Below, one piece after another: positions 1-9,641 of a DNA stretch of 41,948 nucleotides (positions are counted from its first letter, which is position 1; the number at the start of each line of letters is the position of its first letter). The translations under genes and the position numbers were made by a program. The DNA is taken from NCBI GenBank assembly GCA_031550405.1, contig JAVBOP010000034.1, forward strand, positions 1-41,948, given 5' to 3'. Below the pieces are notes generated by a model. That model ran no database searches. It had not been told where the DNA came from and saw only the letters and a list, made by a program, of their open reading frames with translations. Origin of the DNA: Candidatus Kapaibacterium sp. (GTDB lineage: Bacteria > Bacteroidota > Ignavibacteria > Kapaibacteriales > UBA2268).

Positions 1-1
1 C

Positions 2-226
2 AATCCTTCAGTCGCAACCATAAGCAATTCCAAGGTGTTAGCAGTAGCAGACGGCGGCACAACGACCATTACTGCCACTTCCGAAGATGGCGGACATACA
101 GCCACCTGCACCATAACAGCCGTGGCGCGCTGCAAGGCAGTGAACAAAGGCAACGAAGAAAGATGCAAAAACAAAGCCAACGAGAACGGCTATTGCACAA
201 CCCACAAAGATCAAGCAACAGAATAG
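2..226 (+). CDS. 3' end of a protein with a bacterial Ig-like (Big_2) domain and a C-terminal Cys3His motif (DUF5763-like); 5' part lies outside the window
   Basis: The frame is open from base 2. NPSVATISNSKVLAVADGGTTTITATSEDGGHTATCTITA fits the Big_2 pattern; it is followed by RCKAVNKGNEERCKNKANENGYCTTH. Confidence 0.65.
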   Translation, partial: NPSVATISNSKVLAVADGGTTTITATSEDGGHTATCTITAVARCKAVNKGNEERCKNKANENGYCTTHKDQATE

Positions 227-241
227 TGCTGAAATCCACAT

Positions 242-263
242 TATATGAATAAAAATTCATATA
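242..263. repeat. Iterated palindrome site
   Basis: TATATGAA TAAAAA TTCATATA, between convergent genes. Confidence 0.85.
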
Positions 264-316
264 TTTGGACATTATTTTATTAATATGGCAAGTTGCAAAA
301 CCAGCCTGAATTAAAT

Positions 317-362
317 AAAACATAGCTCATTAATAATGCAGAATTAATGAGCTATATGTTTA
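317..362. terminator. Probable bidirectional intrinsic terminator
   Basis: Hairpin aaaacatagctcattaat...attaatgagctatatgtttt between convergent genes. Confidence 0.6.
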
Positions 363-381
363 TATGGTCTACATAAGCAGC

Positions 382-1569
382 TTATTTTAGAAGGCTTAGC
401 CCATGCGACAAATCGGCGGTTAAATCATCAACGTTTTCGATGCCAATAGCCAGACGCACAAGACCATCCGTAATCGATGCTGCATTGCGCGCATCTGATC
501 CCATAAGCACGTGTGTCATTGATGCTGGGTGCTGGATAAGGCTCTCAATGCCGCCAAGCGAAACAGCCAACTGGATAACAGAAACATTATTCATCAATGT
601 CTTGCCTGCCTCAATGCCGCCTTTAAGCTCGAATGCAATAAGCGAGCCGGCACCTTTCATTTGCTTCAAACCAAGCTCATATTGCGGATGCGATTTCAAG
701 CCGGGATACATAACCCATGCCACAGCTGGATGTTTCTCCAGATACTCGGCTATTTTCTGGGCATTCTTCTGCTGCTGCTCAACACGAAGCTTTAGCGTCT
801 TCAAGCCGCGATGCACAAGAAAGGCATTGAATGGGTCAATAACGCCGCCGAAATGGTTCATCATTTTTCTGAAATGCTCATACTCGCTCTCTTCTTTCAA
901 AACGATAGCGCCAGCCACAACATCCGCATGGCCATTCAAAAATTTGGTCATACTGTGGATGATATAATCCGCTCCAAGCTCGAAAGGGCGCTGCAATACA
1001 GGACTTGCAAAAGTATTGTCAACGGCATATTTAATGCCGGACTGTTTGGCGAGCTTGCCAATAGCTTCAATATCAGCCATTACCATTGTCGGATTGCCCG
1101 GCGTTTCGATAAGAATCAGTCTGGTATTCGGCTTAATAGCCTTTTTGACCTCGTCGGTATTTTCAGCATCAACAAATGTAGTTTCAATATTAAAGGCAGG
1201 CATGACATTTTGCAAAAGCGTTGCCGTTGAGCCATATATCGACTTGCTTGCTATCAGATGGTCGCCCGATTTCAGCACGGAAGCGATAAGCGTATGCACG
1301 GCTGCCATACCGCTTGCACAGCCAATAGCCTTGGCGCCGCCTTCAAGAATGGCAATAGCATCTTCCATTGCAGCAACCGTCGGATTGCTTATGCGTGTGT
1401 AAATATAGCCTGCTTCTTCGCCCTGAAACAGGCGTGCGCCATGGTCGGCATCTTTAAATCTAAAAGTAGAGGTTTGATAAATTGGCGTAACGACAGCGCC
1501 ATTGGGATCGCTTGTGATACCTGCATGTACGCACTGTGTATCAATAGCCATTTTCCTAACATTATCCAT
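382..1569 (-). CDS. megL: PLP-dependent Cys/Met metabolism lyase, methionine gamma-lyase-like
   Basis: Motifs YTRISNPT, SGMAA, ETPGNP, DNTFASP, PLP lysine HSMTKFLNGHAD and AVSLGG; 395 aa. Confidence 0.8.
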   Translation of the reverse strand: MDNVRKMAIDTQCVHAGITSDPNGAVVTPIYQTSTFRFKDADHGARLFQGEEAGYIYTRISNPTVAAMEDAIAILEGGAKAIGCASGMAAVHTLIASVLKSGDHLIASKSIYGSTATLLQNVMPAFNIETTFVDAENTDEVKKAIKPNTRLILIETPGNPTMVMADIEAIGKLAKQSGIKYAVDNTFASPVLQRPFELGADYIIHSMTKFLNGHADVVAGAIVLKEESEYEHFRKMMNHFGGVIDPFNAFLVHRGLKTLKLRVEQQQKNAQKIAEYLEKHPAVAWVMYPGLKSHPQYELGLKQMKGAGSLIAFELKGGIEAGKTLMNNVSVIQLAVSLGGIESLIQHPASMTHVLMGSDARNAASITDGLVRLAIGIENVDDLTADLSHGLSLLK

Positions 1570-1661
1570 GTTATATCCTGTGTTTTCTTGTAAAAATATA
1601 TTAATGTTGCAAAGATAACAAAAAAATGCGAATGAACAAGCCTTGATATATAGCCATTACA

Positions 1662-1683
1662 ATTATGAATATTTTTTAATAAA
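1662..1683. repeat. Iterated palindrome site
   Basis: ATTATGAA TATTTT TTAATAAA, between divergent genes. Confidence 0.8.
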
Positions 1684-1789
1684 AAACGCAGATTGAAATT
1701 ATATATATAGTCTACTATTTAAATATATCTGAAATTTTTGTATTTTTAATATGTTCTTAAACAACATTCATAAATAACTGCGAAAACCT

Positions 1790-2635
1790 ATGAACAAAAT
1801 AATATATGCACAGAGTATCTCTGATAATGTCAAAAAATTTATAATCGATGCGCCGGCTATTGCTAAAAAGCATAAACCGGGGCAGTTTGTTATTTTGCGG
1901 ATTGCCGAAAATGGCGAACGCATACCGCTCACAATCGCTGATTCTGATTCCGATGCTGGCACTATCTCTATTATAGTACAGGGAGTTGGAAAAACTACCT
2001 ATATGCTGCTGCAACTTGGCGAAGGCGATAATATTTTGGATTTGGTCGGTCCGCTGGGCAAGCCTACGCATATCGAAAACTATGGCAAATGCGTAGTTAT
2101 CGGCGGCGGAGTTGGAACGGCTATTGCGTATCCAACGGCGAAAGCGTTGAAAGAAGCGGGCAATCATGTAACGGTGATTATCGGCGGGCGGAGCAGGGAA
2201 TATGCCATACTGGATAGCGAGATGCGGCAATTTGCCGACAATGTGTTTATCACGACGGATGATGGTTCGGCAGGCATGAAGGGGTTTGTTACCGATAAGT
2301 TGAAAGAAATAATAGAGATACAGCCACCTGATTTCGTTCTTGCAATTGGTCCGATACCTATGATGGCATCTGTGGCTAATATGACTAAGCCATATAAAAT
2401 TAAAACAGTTGTAAGTTTGAACCCAATTATGCTTGATGGTACTGGCATGTGCGGCGGATGTCGTGCTATTGTTGACAATAAAAATGTATTTGTATGCGTA
2501 GATGGACCTGAATTTGATGCACATCTTGTTGATTTTGACACACTTATGAAGCGAAACCAAATATATTTTAGAGAGGAACATGCTTCTCGTCACATTTGCC
2601 GGCTTAAACTGCAACTTGTCAATATTTTTATTTAA
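1790..2635 (+). CDS. Sulfide dehydrogenase / NfnA-like FAD/NAD-binding 2Fe-2S subunit
   Basis: PGQFVILR, ERIPLTIAD, GPLG, GGGVG and DGTGMCGGCR...VCVDGPEFD (SudB/NfnA/PyrK family). Confidence 0.85.
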   Translation: MNKIIYAQSISDNVKKFIIDAPAIAKKHKPGQFVILRIAENGERIPLTIADSDSDAGTISIIVQGVGKTTYMLLQLGEGDNILDLVGPLGKPTHIENYGKCVVIGGGVGTAIAYPTAKALKEAGNHVTVIIGGRSREYAILDSEMRQFADNVFITTDDGSAGMKGFVTDKLKEIIEIQPPDFVLAIGPIPMMASVANMTKPYKIKTVVSLNPIMLDGTGMCGGCRAIVDNKNVFVCVDGPEFDAHLVDFDTLMKRNQIYFREEHASRHICRLKLQLVNIFI

Positions 2636-2776
2636 TCAGTTGTAAAAAATTGATATATTAAGGCAATGGACAGATGGAATATCTGTTTCGTTTCGTGGTT
2701 ATATTGCAAGCAATAGTCCGAGAGTATTTTTATAGATATTTTTAGTATATTTGCTATGGTTGCGGTTGAGGCGAAC

Positions 2777-2800
2777 ATTTATGAATAAAAATTCATAAAT
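2777..2800. repeat. Iterated palindrome site
   Basis: ATTTATGAA TAAAAA TTCATAAAT, perfect 9-bp arms. Confidence 0.9.
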
Positions 2801-2844
2801 ACTATGAGAAAGTTAAATAGTTGTTTATATGTTAAATTAAGCTG

Positions 2845-4122
2845 ATGCAAAAAATTTCTATCAAATTTGCTTTGGAAGCGGAAAAATTGCTGGCAGAGCA
2901 ACAATATAATGAGGCAATCAGGCTTTGCGAACGTGGACTTGAAATTTATCCGGATTATTCAAGTGCTGCTATATTGCTGGCAAAAGCCTGTTTCTTTCAT
3001 GGAGAAATTGATAGAGCCAAAGAAGTTATTGATGTGGCGTGCTACCAGTTTCCTGCGAATGTAGCAATTGCCCAGATCAAGGATAAAATTTATAACCACT
3101 CATTAATTCAGGAAGATAGCGCTGGCAATATTTTTCAGGAAGAAAACAGTTTTGAAATTGTAGATAACCACAATGACAACGAAGATGATTTTTCTCTACA
3201 TATTGAAGAAATAAAAAATTTGACAAATAAATTGAAGCAAGTTAGTCAGGAGAGCATTGATTCTGAAAATAGCGCTGAAATGACAGGAATTTCAAATTTT
3301 TTTGAAATAAAAAGCGAAGATGAAACGTATAATATTCCTGATGCTGAAAATAATTTGGCAGATGACGGAATGAGCTTGGAAAGTATGGAAAATGCCGATG
3401 ATATTATTGAGCAAGATACTGAAAATACTGACTCTTACGAAATCGAAAAAAATGATGCGGAAACATATTTTCCGGAAAATATTTTGACAGAATTTGCGGT
3501 GGATACTTTAGATGAGACAAAAGGCGATAATGATGAAAACGATGCAATGGAAGTGGAAAGTGTTGAAAATACTAATGTTGAGAAAATAGAATATTTTGAT
3601 GAATATGAAAAAAATATATTTGCCAAAGCATTTAGAAAATCTAAAAACATACCTCAGGATAATTCCAATAAGATAAGTAAGTTATATCAAATCGACCTAA
3701 AATTTCCGCGTGAAAAATCTAACATTAAAATTCAACCGGATGTTTTCGAAAATATAAAACTTGACATGGATTTTTCAAAAGCTGATTTTTTTAATTTTGG
3801 TGTCGTTGATGACGAAGAAAAATTAAAAAATATTCATAATCCTGATGAATTAATCGACGAAAAGGCTCAAGAATTTTTGAATTTATCCAAACAATTAGAA
3901 AATGCTCAAGTTACTTTAGCAGAAGAGAGTTATGATGATCAGGAGCCTGACAGTGAGGACACTCCGCTGGTTGCAAGCGAAACAATGGCAAAAATATTTA
4001 CAAAGCAAAAAGCATATAAACAGGCAATAAAAATATATGAAATGCTGATAGAAGAAAAGCCCGAAAAAGCTGACTTTTATCACGAACAAATCGAAATATT
4101 GACAAAAGTTAATAATCCTTAA
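2845..4122 (+). CDS. TPR protein with a long acidic linker
   Basis: N-terminal TPR (AIRLCERGLEIYPDYSSAAILLAKA), D/E-rich middle, C-terminal TPR (SETMAKIFTKQKAYKQAIKIYEML). Confidence 0.75.
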   Translation: MQKISIKFALEAEKLLAEQQYNEAIRLCERGLEIYPDYSSAAILLAKACFFHGEIDRAKEVIDVACYQFPANVAIAQIKDKIYNHSLIQEDSAGNIFQEENSFEIVDNHNDNEDDFSLHIEEIKNLTNKLKQVSQESIDSENSAEMTGISNFFEIKSEDETYNIPDAENNLADDGMSLESMENADDIIEQDTENTDSYEIEKNDAETYFPENILTEFAVDTLDETKGDNDENDAMEVESVENTNVEKIEYFDEYEKNIFAKAFRKSKNIPQDNSNKISKLYQIDLKFPREKSNIKIQPDVFENIKLDMDFSKADFFNFGVVDDEEKLKNIHNPDELIDEKAQEFLNLSKQLENAQVTLAEESYDDQEPDSEDTPLVASETMAKIFTKQKAYKQAIKIYEMLIEEKPEKADFYHEQIEILTKVNNP

Positions 4123-4148
4123 ATACAAATTTAAATAAACGGTTGAAT

Positions 4149-5270
4149 ATGTCAAATGCTGGCAAAAAAATTTTACTTATAGATGACTCAGAATTTATTT
4201 TGGAAAGTACATCAACATTGCTTCAATTTGAAGATTATGAGGTGTTTACAGCTTCTGATGGTCATAAAGGCATCCAGATTGCGATTGAGCAAAAACCTGA
4301 TTTGATTATTTGCGATATTTCAATGCCGGGAATAAGCGGGTATGAAGTAATTTCTCAATTAAGAAACAATAAGGAAACGGCTTCAATTCCATTTATTTTT
4401 TTGAGTGCATTCACAGAAAAATCTAAAATGCGCGAAGGAATGGAGCGTGGAGCTGACGATTATTTAACCAAGCCTTTCACTAAAAATGAAATTATTTCTG
4501 CAATCAATGCGCAATGGAAAAAATATGCGACTGTTGAAAAGAAAATGCAGGAAAAGGTTGAAGAGGTCGGAAAAAACCTTAACTATGCGCTTCCTCATGA
4601 ATTTAGAACGGTTCTAAGTCAACTTATCGGTTCTGCAAGATTATTGAACTGGAACGCTGATTCGATGACCACTCATGACATCAAGGAAGTTTCAAACGAT
4701 ATGATTTCCGTTATCCAGCGCCTAACTCGTATTACTGATAATTTTTTGTTATATATGAAGTTAGAAAATATTAGCAAATCAAAATCGAATATTGAGCAGT
4801 TAAGAACGCAAACAACAATAGAACCGTTAGCCATTATTTCAGATAATCTGGACACTATAGCGCAAAAATATTCCCGTTTGGAAGATGTGGAAATATTAAA
4901 TCCAGTTTTTGATATTGATGTTGCCATAGGCTCGGAACTGTTTGCCAAATTAGTCGATGAATTGTTCGACAATGCCTTCAAATTTTCCACTTCCGGAACC
5001 AAGGTTACTGTTGAGTCTGAGGTTGAAGATGAAAACCTGTTTTTGAAAATTTCCGACAGAGGAATTGGCATGACACAGGAGCAAATTGGCTCAATTGGAG
5101 CATATATGCAATTCCAAAGAGACAAGTATGAGCAGCAGGGAGTTGGCATTGGTTTGGAAATTGCTCGATTAATTGCTACCTTGCACAATGGAACCATGAA
5201 AATTGTCAGTAAAAAAAATGAAGGAACTACAATTTACTTATCATTACCTTTAGCAACGCAAAATCCATAG
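4149..5270 (+). CDS. Hybrid response regulator / histidine kinase
   Basis: Receiver (ILLIDD, PDLIICDISMP, DYLTKPF), H-box LPHEFRT, and HATPase boxes DNAFKFS, DRGIG, GVGIGL; start could be the TTG at 4143. Confidence 0.9.
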   Translation: MSNAGKKILLIDDSEFILESTSTLLQFEDYEVFTASDGHKGIQIAIEQKPDLIICDISMPGISGYEVISQLRNNKETASIPFIFLSAFTEKSKMREGMERGADDYLTKPFTKNEIISAINAQWKKYATVEKKMQEKVEEVGKNLNYALPHEFRTVLSQLIGSARLLNWNADSMTTHDIKEVSNDMISVIQRLTRITDNFLLYMKLENISKSKSNIEQLRTQTTIEPLAIISDNLDTIAQKYSRLEDVEILNPVFDIDVAIGSELFAKLVDELFDNAFKFSTSGTKVTVESEVEDENLFLKISDRGIGMTQEQIGSIGAYMQFQRDKYEQQGVGIGLEIARLIATLHNGTMKIVSKKNEGTTIYLSLPLATQNP

Positions 5271-5274
5271 CATA

Positions 5275-6069
5275 ATGAAAAAAATATTAGTTATTTGCTG
5301 TGCTGTGCTTATTAGCGCAGCATTTTTTTATCCAAAACTATATGCAGAAAAATATGTACCTTGCATCGGCGAAGAGTTGGAATATGATGTATCATTTTTA
5401 ACTTTCAAATTGGGCAAAATACGCATTACAACTGTCAGCAACACGGAATATGAAGGCGAAAAAGTCATCAAAACGCAGGTGCATATTGAATCTAATCCCA
5501 ATATTCCGTTTGTTAAAGTCAAAGCTATTTTTGACGCACTTATGGACACATCACTCACTTGTGGGCGGTATTTTGAAAGTACAGTTGTGGATAATGACTG
5601 CAAAACGTCTAAACAAAAAATTTATTTTCATTACCCAGCCAAACAGTCCCTGCGAATTGAGAAATGGCACGGCAATCAAAAAAGTATGGATACACTGTTG
5701 CAATTCAAGGGGAAAATACTTGACGGGGCGACTTTATTCTTCTTTGCCCGAAAATATATTGCCAACAAAAGCCAGCTAAAAATTCCAACGATAATGGATA
5801 TAAATATTGACAATACCTATCTGAATTTCTCTGGAAAAATTGAAAAGGTAGAAAATGCGACAATTAATTATCCAATAAAAGCATACTACTTGAATGGAAA
5901 GGCGGATTGGAAAGGGATTTATGGTTTGGGCGAAAAATTTGAAGGCTGGTTCAGCTGCGATGAAGCCAGAATTCCTATCAAAGCCAAAATGAATGTCTAT
6001 CTTGGCAATGTGACTTTAGAACTAAAAAAATGGAAGCGTAAAGACTGGAAACCACCAAAATACAACTAA
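5275..6069 (+). CDS. Exported protein, DUF3108-like
   Basis: Signal peptide, GEELEYDVSF at the N-terminus, WFSCDEARIPIK...LGNVTLEL at the C-terminus. Confidence 0.7.
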   Translation: MKKILVICCAVLISAAFFYPKLYAEKYVPCIGEELEYDVSFLTFKLGKIRITTVSNTEYEGEKVIKTQVHIESNPNIPFVKVKAIFDALMDTSLTCGRYFESTVVDNDCKTSKQKIYFHYPAKQSLRIEKWHGNQKSMDTLLQFKGKILDGATLFFFARKYIANKSQLKIPTIMDINIDNTYLNFSGKIEKVENATINYPIKAYYLNGKADWKGIYGLGEKFEGWFSCDEARIPIKAKMNVYLGNVTLELKKWKRKDWKPPKYN

Positions 6070-6093
6070 CATTATGAATATTTTTTAATAATG
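6070..6093. repeat. Iterated palindrome site
   Basis: CATTATGAA TATTTT TTAATAATG, immediately after a stop codon, between convergent genes. Confidence 0.85.
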
Positions 6094-6364
6094 CGATATA
6101 TCTATTTGGTAAGCTGTTATATTATTTTCTTGAATACATTATCCATATTAAATAGCTATATTGCATAAGTTTATTGCATTTCAAAAATAAAAAAATTTAT
6201 GTCTGATATAGATTTAAGTTGGAATTTTTCAATAAATTATTTAAAAAAATAAAGTAAAAAGTATCTGCATATATGATTATACAGCTAACATTCATATAGA
6301 GAAATTATTCATAGAAATTGCATTATTCGTCAAAATACGAACAATGCTTTTATTATAAAATATA

Positions 6365-6402
6365 TAAACCACAAAGGACGCATTTGCATTCTTTGTGGTT
6401 TA
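6365..6402 (-). terminator. Terminator hairpin after valS
   Basis: taaaccacaaag...ctttgtggttta inverted repeat. Confidence 0.65.
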
Positions 6403-6436
6403 ATGTATATATTGATAATTTTTATTAATAATTGGG

Positions 6437-9220
6437 CTATTTCAAATTAGCAAGATTCTCTTTATTCTTCTTCAAACTCTCCTGCATTGAAGCGAGTTTT
6501 TCACGTTCGTTTTGAACAACTTCCGGCGCTGCATTATTAACAAATTTTTCATTATTCAACTTGTTTTCGCAACCACGAATATTGCCCTCAAGCCTCGCAA
6601 TTTCCTTCTCCAAACGCTGCCTTTCCTTCTCAACATCAATGCTTCCAGCGATAACAAGATGCACTTCTATTTCGCGAAATACTGTCGAAGCAACGCCTTC
6701 GGGCTTTTCTGCATTTATCTTTACTTCCAATGTGTCAAGTTTACATAAAGTCTTGATTATTTCCGCCAAATTTGCAAATAAAATTAAACTTTCTTCATTT
6801 TTAACAGAAATAATTGCCGGCATTTTTTGGTTTGGTGCAATATTCATAGAGGCACGCAGCTTGCGTATTTCCTCAACAATAGCTTGAACTAACTCGAACT
6901 GTTCCTCAATTTTCGGATTGATTTCAGCTTTGTTCGGCTTTGGAAAATCAGTGGATAAAATGCTTATATTTTCATCACGATCTTTAACTAAATGATACAG
7001 TTCTTCCGTAATAAACGGCATAATTGGATGCAGAATTATTAATATTTGTTCATAAATTTCGCTGACAAATTGCATATAGTTTGCATGTTCTTCATCATTT
7101 TTGCCAGCAAGCTGTACTTTCATAATTTCAACATACCAATCGCAGAAATCACGCCAAATGAAGCTATATAACAATTTAGCATATTCCGTAACTTTATAAT
7201 TATCAAGTGCTTCGTTGATTTTCTCAACCGTAGAATTGAAACGCGACAATATCCATTTATCGGCAATGCTAAGCTCATTAATATCTAATTTTTTGGTCGG
7301 CTTCATGGTCGCGGCTTCGAGCTTCATTTGCAAAAAACGTCCCGAATTCCACACTTTATTCGCAAAATTTCTACCTATTTCCATCGATGCAATATCCTGA
7401 TGCTCAACATCGACATCCATACGCACATCCTGCCCGAGCGGTGCAATATAAAGCATTGTGAAACGCACGGCATCAGCACCATATTTAGCAATAATATTCA
7501 GCGGATCGGGCGAATTACCGAGCGATTTCGACAGCTTGCGACCTTGTCCATCACGAATTATGCTTGTAAAATAAACATTTTTAAATGGTACTCTACTTTT
7601 TGTATCAAATTTTTTGGTAGCAATAATCATTCTCGCAACCCAGAAAAATATGATTTCCGGTGCAGTAACAAGCAAATCGGTAGGAAGAAATTTGTGCAGC
7701 GAATTATTCCCCTTCTCTGAAGGGGTGGCAGACGTAGTCTGACGGGGTAGTTTATTGTTATTCATACAACACCCCGTCCCTTCGGGACACCCCTCTACAA
7801 GAGGGGAATTTCCTTCCCAACCCATAGTAGTCAAAGGCCACAACCACGACGAAAACCAAGTATCAAGTGAATCAGGATCTTGCGTAAGCGGCTTATTATG
7901 AATAAGATTTAATTTTTCTCGTGCTTCATCTTCATTTTTTGCGGCTGTACATCTGCCATCTTCGGTATAATAAACAGGAATGCGGTGTCCCCACCATAAT
8001 TGCCGAGAAATACACCAATCGCGAATGCCCGTCATCCAATGCTCATAAGTCTTAACCCAGTGATTTGGATAAAATTTTATTTCCCCATTAAGCACAACCT
8101 CTAATGCTTCCTTAACAAGCGGCTGCATTTTCACGAACCATTGGTCGCTGAGATATGGTTCTACTGGTTCACCACCACGTTGCGAAAAACCAACATTATG
8201 AGTATAATCTTCTATTTTTTCAATTAAATTCTTAGCCTTCAATTGTTCCAATACTGCCTTTCTTGCGTCGAATCTGTCCATTCCGTTAAATTCGCCAGCA
8301 AGTTCGTTCATCGTGCCATCTGGGTTAATTGTATTAATTATTTCAAGGTTATGACGCTCGCCAACAAGAAAATCATTAGGATCATGAGCAGGTGTAATTT
8401 TCACGCAGCCAGTGCCAAAAGTCGGGTCAGCATAATCATCGCCAACGATTGCAATATATCTATCTGTCAAAGGCACTCTAACTTTCTGTCCTATCATAGA
8501 CTTATAGCGTTCATCATTTGGATTCACAGCAACAGCAGTATCGCCGAAAATCGTTTCAGGGCGTACGGTTGCAACATTCAGATAATTTTTTCCATCTTCA
8601 AAATAATATCGCATAGTATATAAATATTCTTTCACTTCGCGAAATTCTACTTCCTCATCAGAAAGTGCAGTTTGAGCAAGTGGCGACCAATTAATAATGC
8701 GTTTGCCCTTATAAATCAAGCCCTCATCAAATAATTGAATGAAAACATCTTGCACAGCATTTGAAGCAGATTCATCCATTGTGAATAAAGTTTTATCCCA
8801 ATCGACAGCAACACCTAACTCCTTCATTTGCTGCAAGATAATGCCGCCATATTTTTCTTTCCATTCCCAAATTTTTTCTACAAATTTTTCGCGTCCTAAA
8901 TCATATCGGGAAATATTTTCCTTGCGTAGTTCGGCTTCAACTTTAGATTGCGTAGCAATTCCCGCATGATCTATGCCCGGAAACCAGCACACTTCATATC
9001 CTTGCATTTTTTTCGAGCGGATGTAAAGGTCTTGTAATGTTAGATTTAGCACATGTCCAAAGTGCAAAATGCCGGTTACATTCGGCGGCGGCATGAGTAT
9101 GCTGTAAGGTGGTTTTGTGGAATTGGTATCAGCGACGAACAATTTATTATCGAGCCATTTTTTATACCAGCTTTTTTCAGCTGTTTGCGGTTCAAAACTT
9201 TTAGGAAATTCTTTTGCCAT
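6437..9220 (-). CDS. valS: Valine--tRNA ligase
   Basis: PPPNVTGILHFGH (HIGH), DWCISRQLWWGH, KLSKS (KMSKS), C-terminal coiled coil. Confidence 0.97.
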   Translation of the reverse strand: MAKEFPKSFEPQTAEKSWYKKWLDNKLFVADTNSTKPPYSILMPPPNVTGILHFGHVLNLTLQDLYIRSKKMQGYEVCWFPGIDHAGIATQSKVEAELRKENISRYDLGREKFVEKIWEWKEKYGGIILQQMKELGVAVDWDKTLFTMDESASNAVQDVFIQLFDEGLIYKGKRIINWSPLAQTALSDEEVEFREVKEYLYTMRYYFEDGKNYLNVATVRPETIFGDTAVAVNPNDERYKSMIGQKVRVPLTDRYIAIVGDDYADPTFGTGCVKITPAHDPNDFLVGERHNLEIINTINPDGTMNELAGEFNGMDRFDARKAVLEQLKAKNLIEKIEDYTHNVGFSQRGGEPVEPYLSDQWFVKMQPLVKEALEVVLNGEIKFYPNHWVKTYEHWMTGIRDWCISRQLWWGHRIPVYYTEDGRCTAAKNEDEAREKLNLIHNKPLTQDPDSLDTWFSSWLWPLTTMGWEGNSPLVEGCPEGTGCCMNNNKLPRQTTSATPSEKGNNSLHKFLPTDLLVTAPEIIFFWVARMIIATKKFDTKSRVPFKNVYFTSIIRDGQGRKLSKSLGNSPDPLNIIAKYGADAVRFTMLYIAPLGQDVRMDVDVEHQDIASMEIGRNFANKVWNSGRFLQMKLEAATMKPTKKLDINELSIADKWILSRFNSTVEKINEALDNYKVTEYAKLLYSFIWRDFCDWYVEIMKVQLAGKNDEEHANYMQFVSEIYEQILIILHPIMPFITEELYHLVKDRDENISILSTDFPKPNKAEINPKIEEQFELVQAIVEEIRKLRASMNIAPNQKMPAIISVKNEESLILFANLAEIIKTLCKLDTLEVKINAEKPEGVASTVFREIEVHLVIAGSIDVEKERQRLEKEIARLEGNIRGCENKLNNEKFVNNAAPEVVQNEREKLASMQESLKKNKENLANLK
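7035..7056. repeat. Iterated palindrome site inside valS
   Basis: ATTATTAA TATTTG TTCATAAA. Confidence 0.6.
7706..7810. repeat. GC-rich REP-like palindromic element inserted in frame in valS
   Basis: ATTCCCCT...AGGGGAAT inverted ends and internal hairpins; AATT at 7702-7705 and 7807-7810; 105 bp = 35 codons. Confidence 0.8.
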
Positions 9221-9436
9221 GTTATTCCGGATTTTAATAAAAGTGTAATATACAAATATTCTTTAAAATATTGGATAAGTACTGCTTAAGGATGCAGGTT
9301 AGCAAGCCCATATTTTTTATGAAAAAAAGTGCAAAAAATACTGATGTATATCGCTCAATAAGGTTTTGTGAACCCCTGATACATTTTTTATATTTGTAAT
9401 TATATTATAAATATGAGAGTTAATCATCGCCACAAA

Positions 9437-9460
9437 TTTTATGAATATTTTTTCATAAAA
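9437..9460. repeat. Iterated palindrome site
   Basis: TTTTATGAA TATTTT TTCATAAAA, perfect 9-bp arms. Confidence 0.9.
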
Positions 9461-9641
9461 CAGGATAGCATAGCTTATTCCGCCTGAAAAACATATAAAA
9501 ACCAGAGCAGAAACATTCAGCATGGAAGGCTATAACATCAGAAATAAAAAACGCAGGCAGATACTTATTTTCGAAATGCCATATTTTTATATTTTTTTTG
9601 TATATTAGAATTAATCAATTAGTTAATTAATAGATGTGATT

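Noticed and set aside
1757-2614. 285-aa antisense ORF, and the many other short overlapping ORFs in the track
   Set aside because: They are shadows of well-supported genes on the other strand or frame, with no recognisable motifs.
9317-9523. 68-aa ORF in the valS/kinase intergenic region
   Set aside because: Low-complexity AT-rich sequence with no motif; it spans promoter DNA and a palindrome site.
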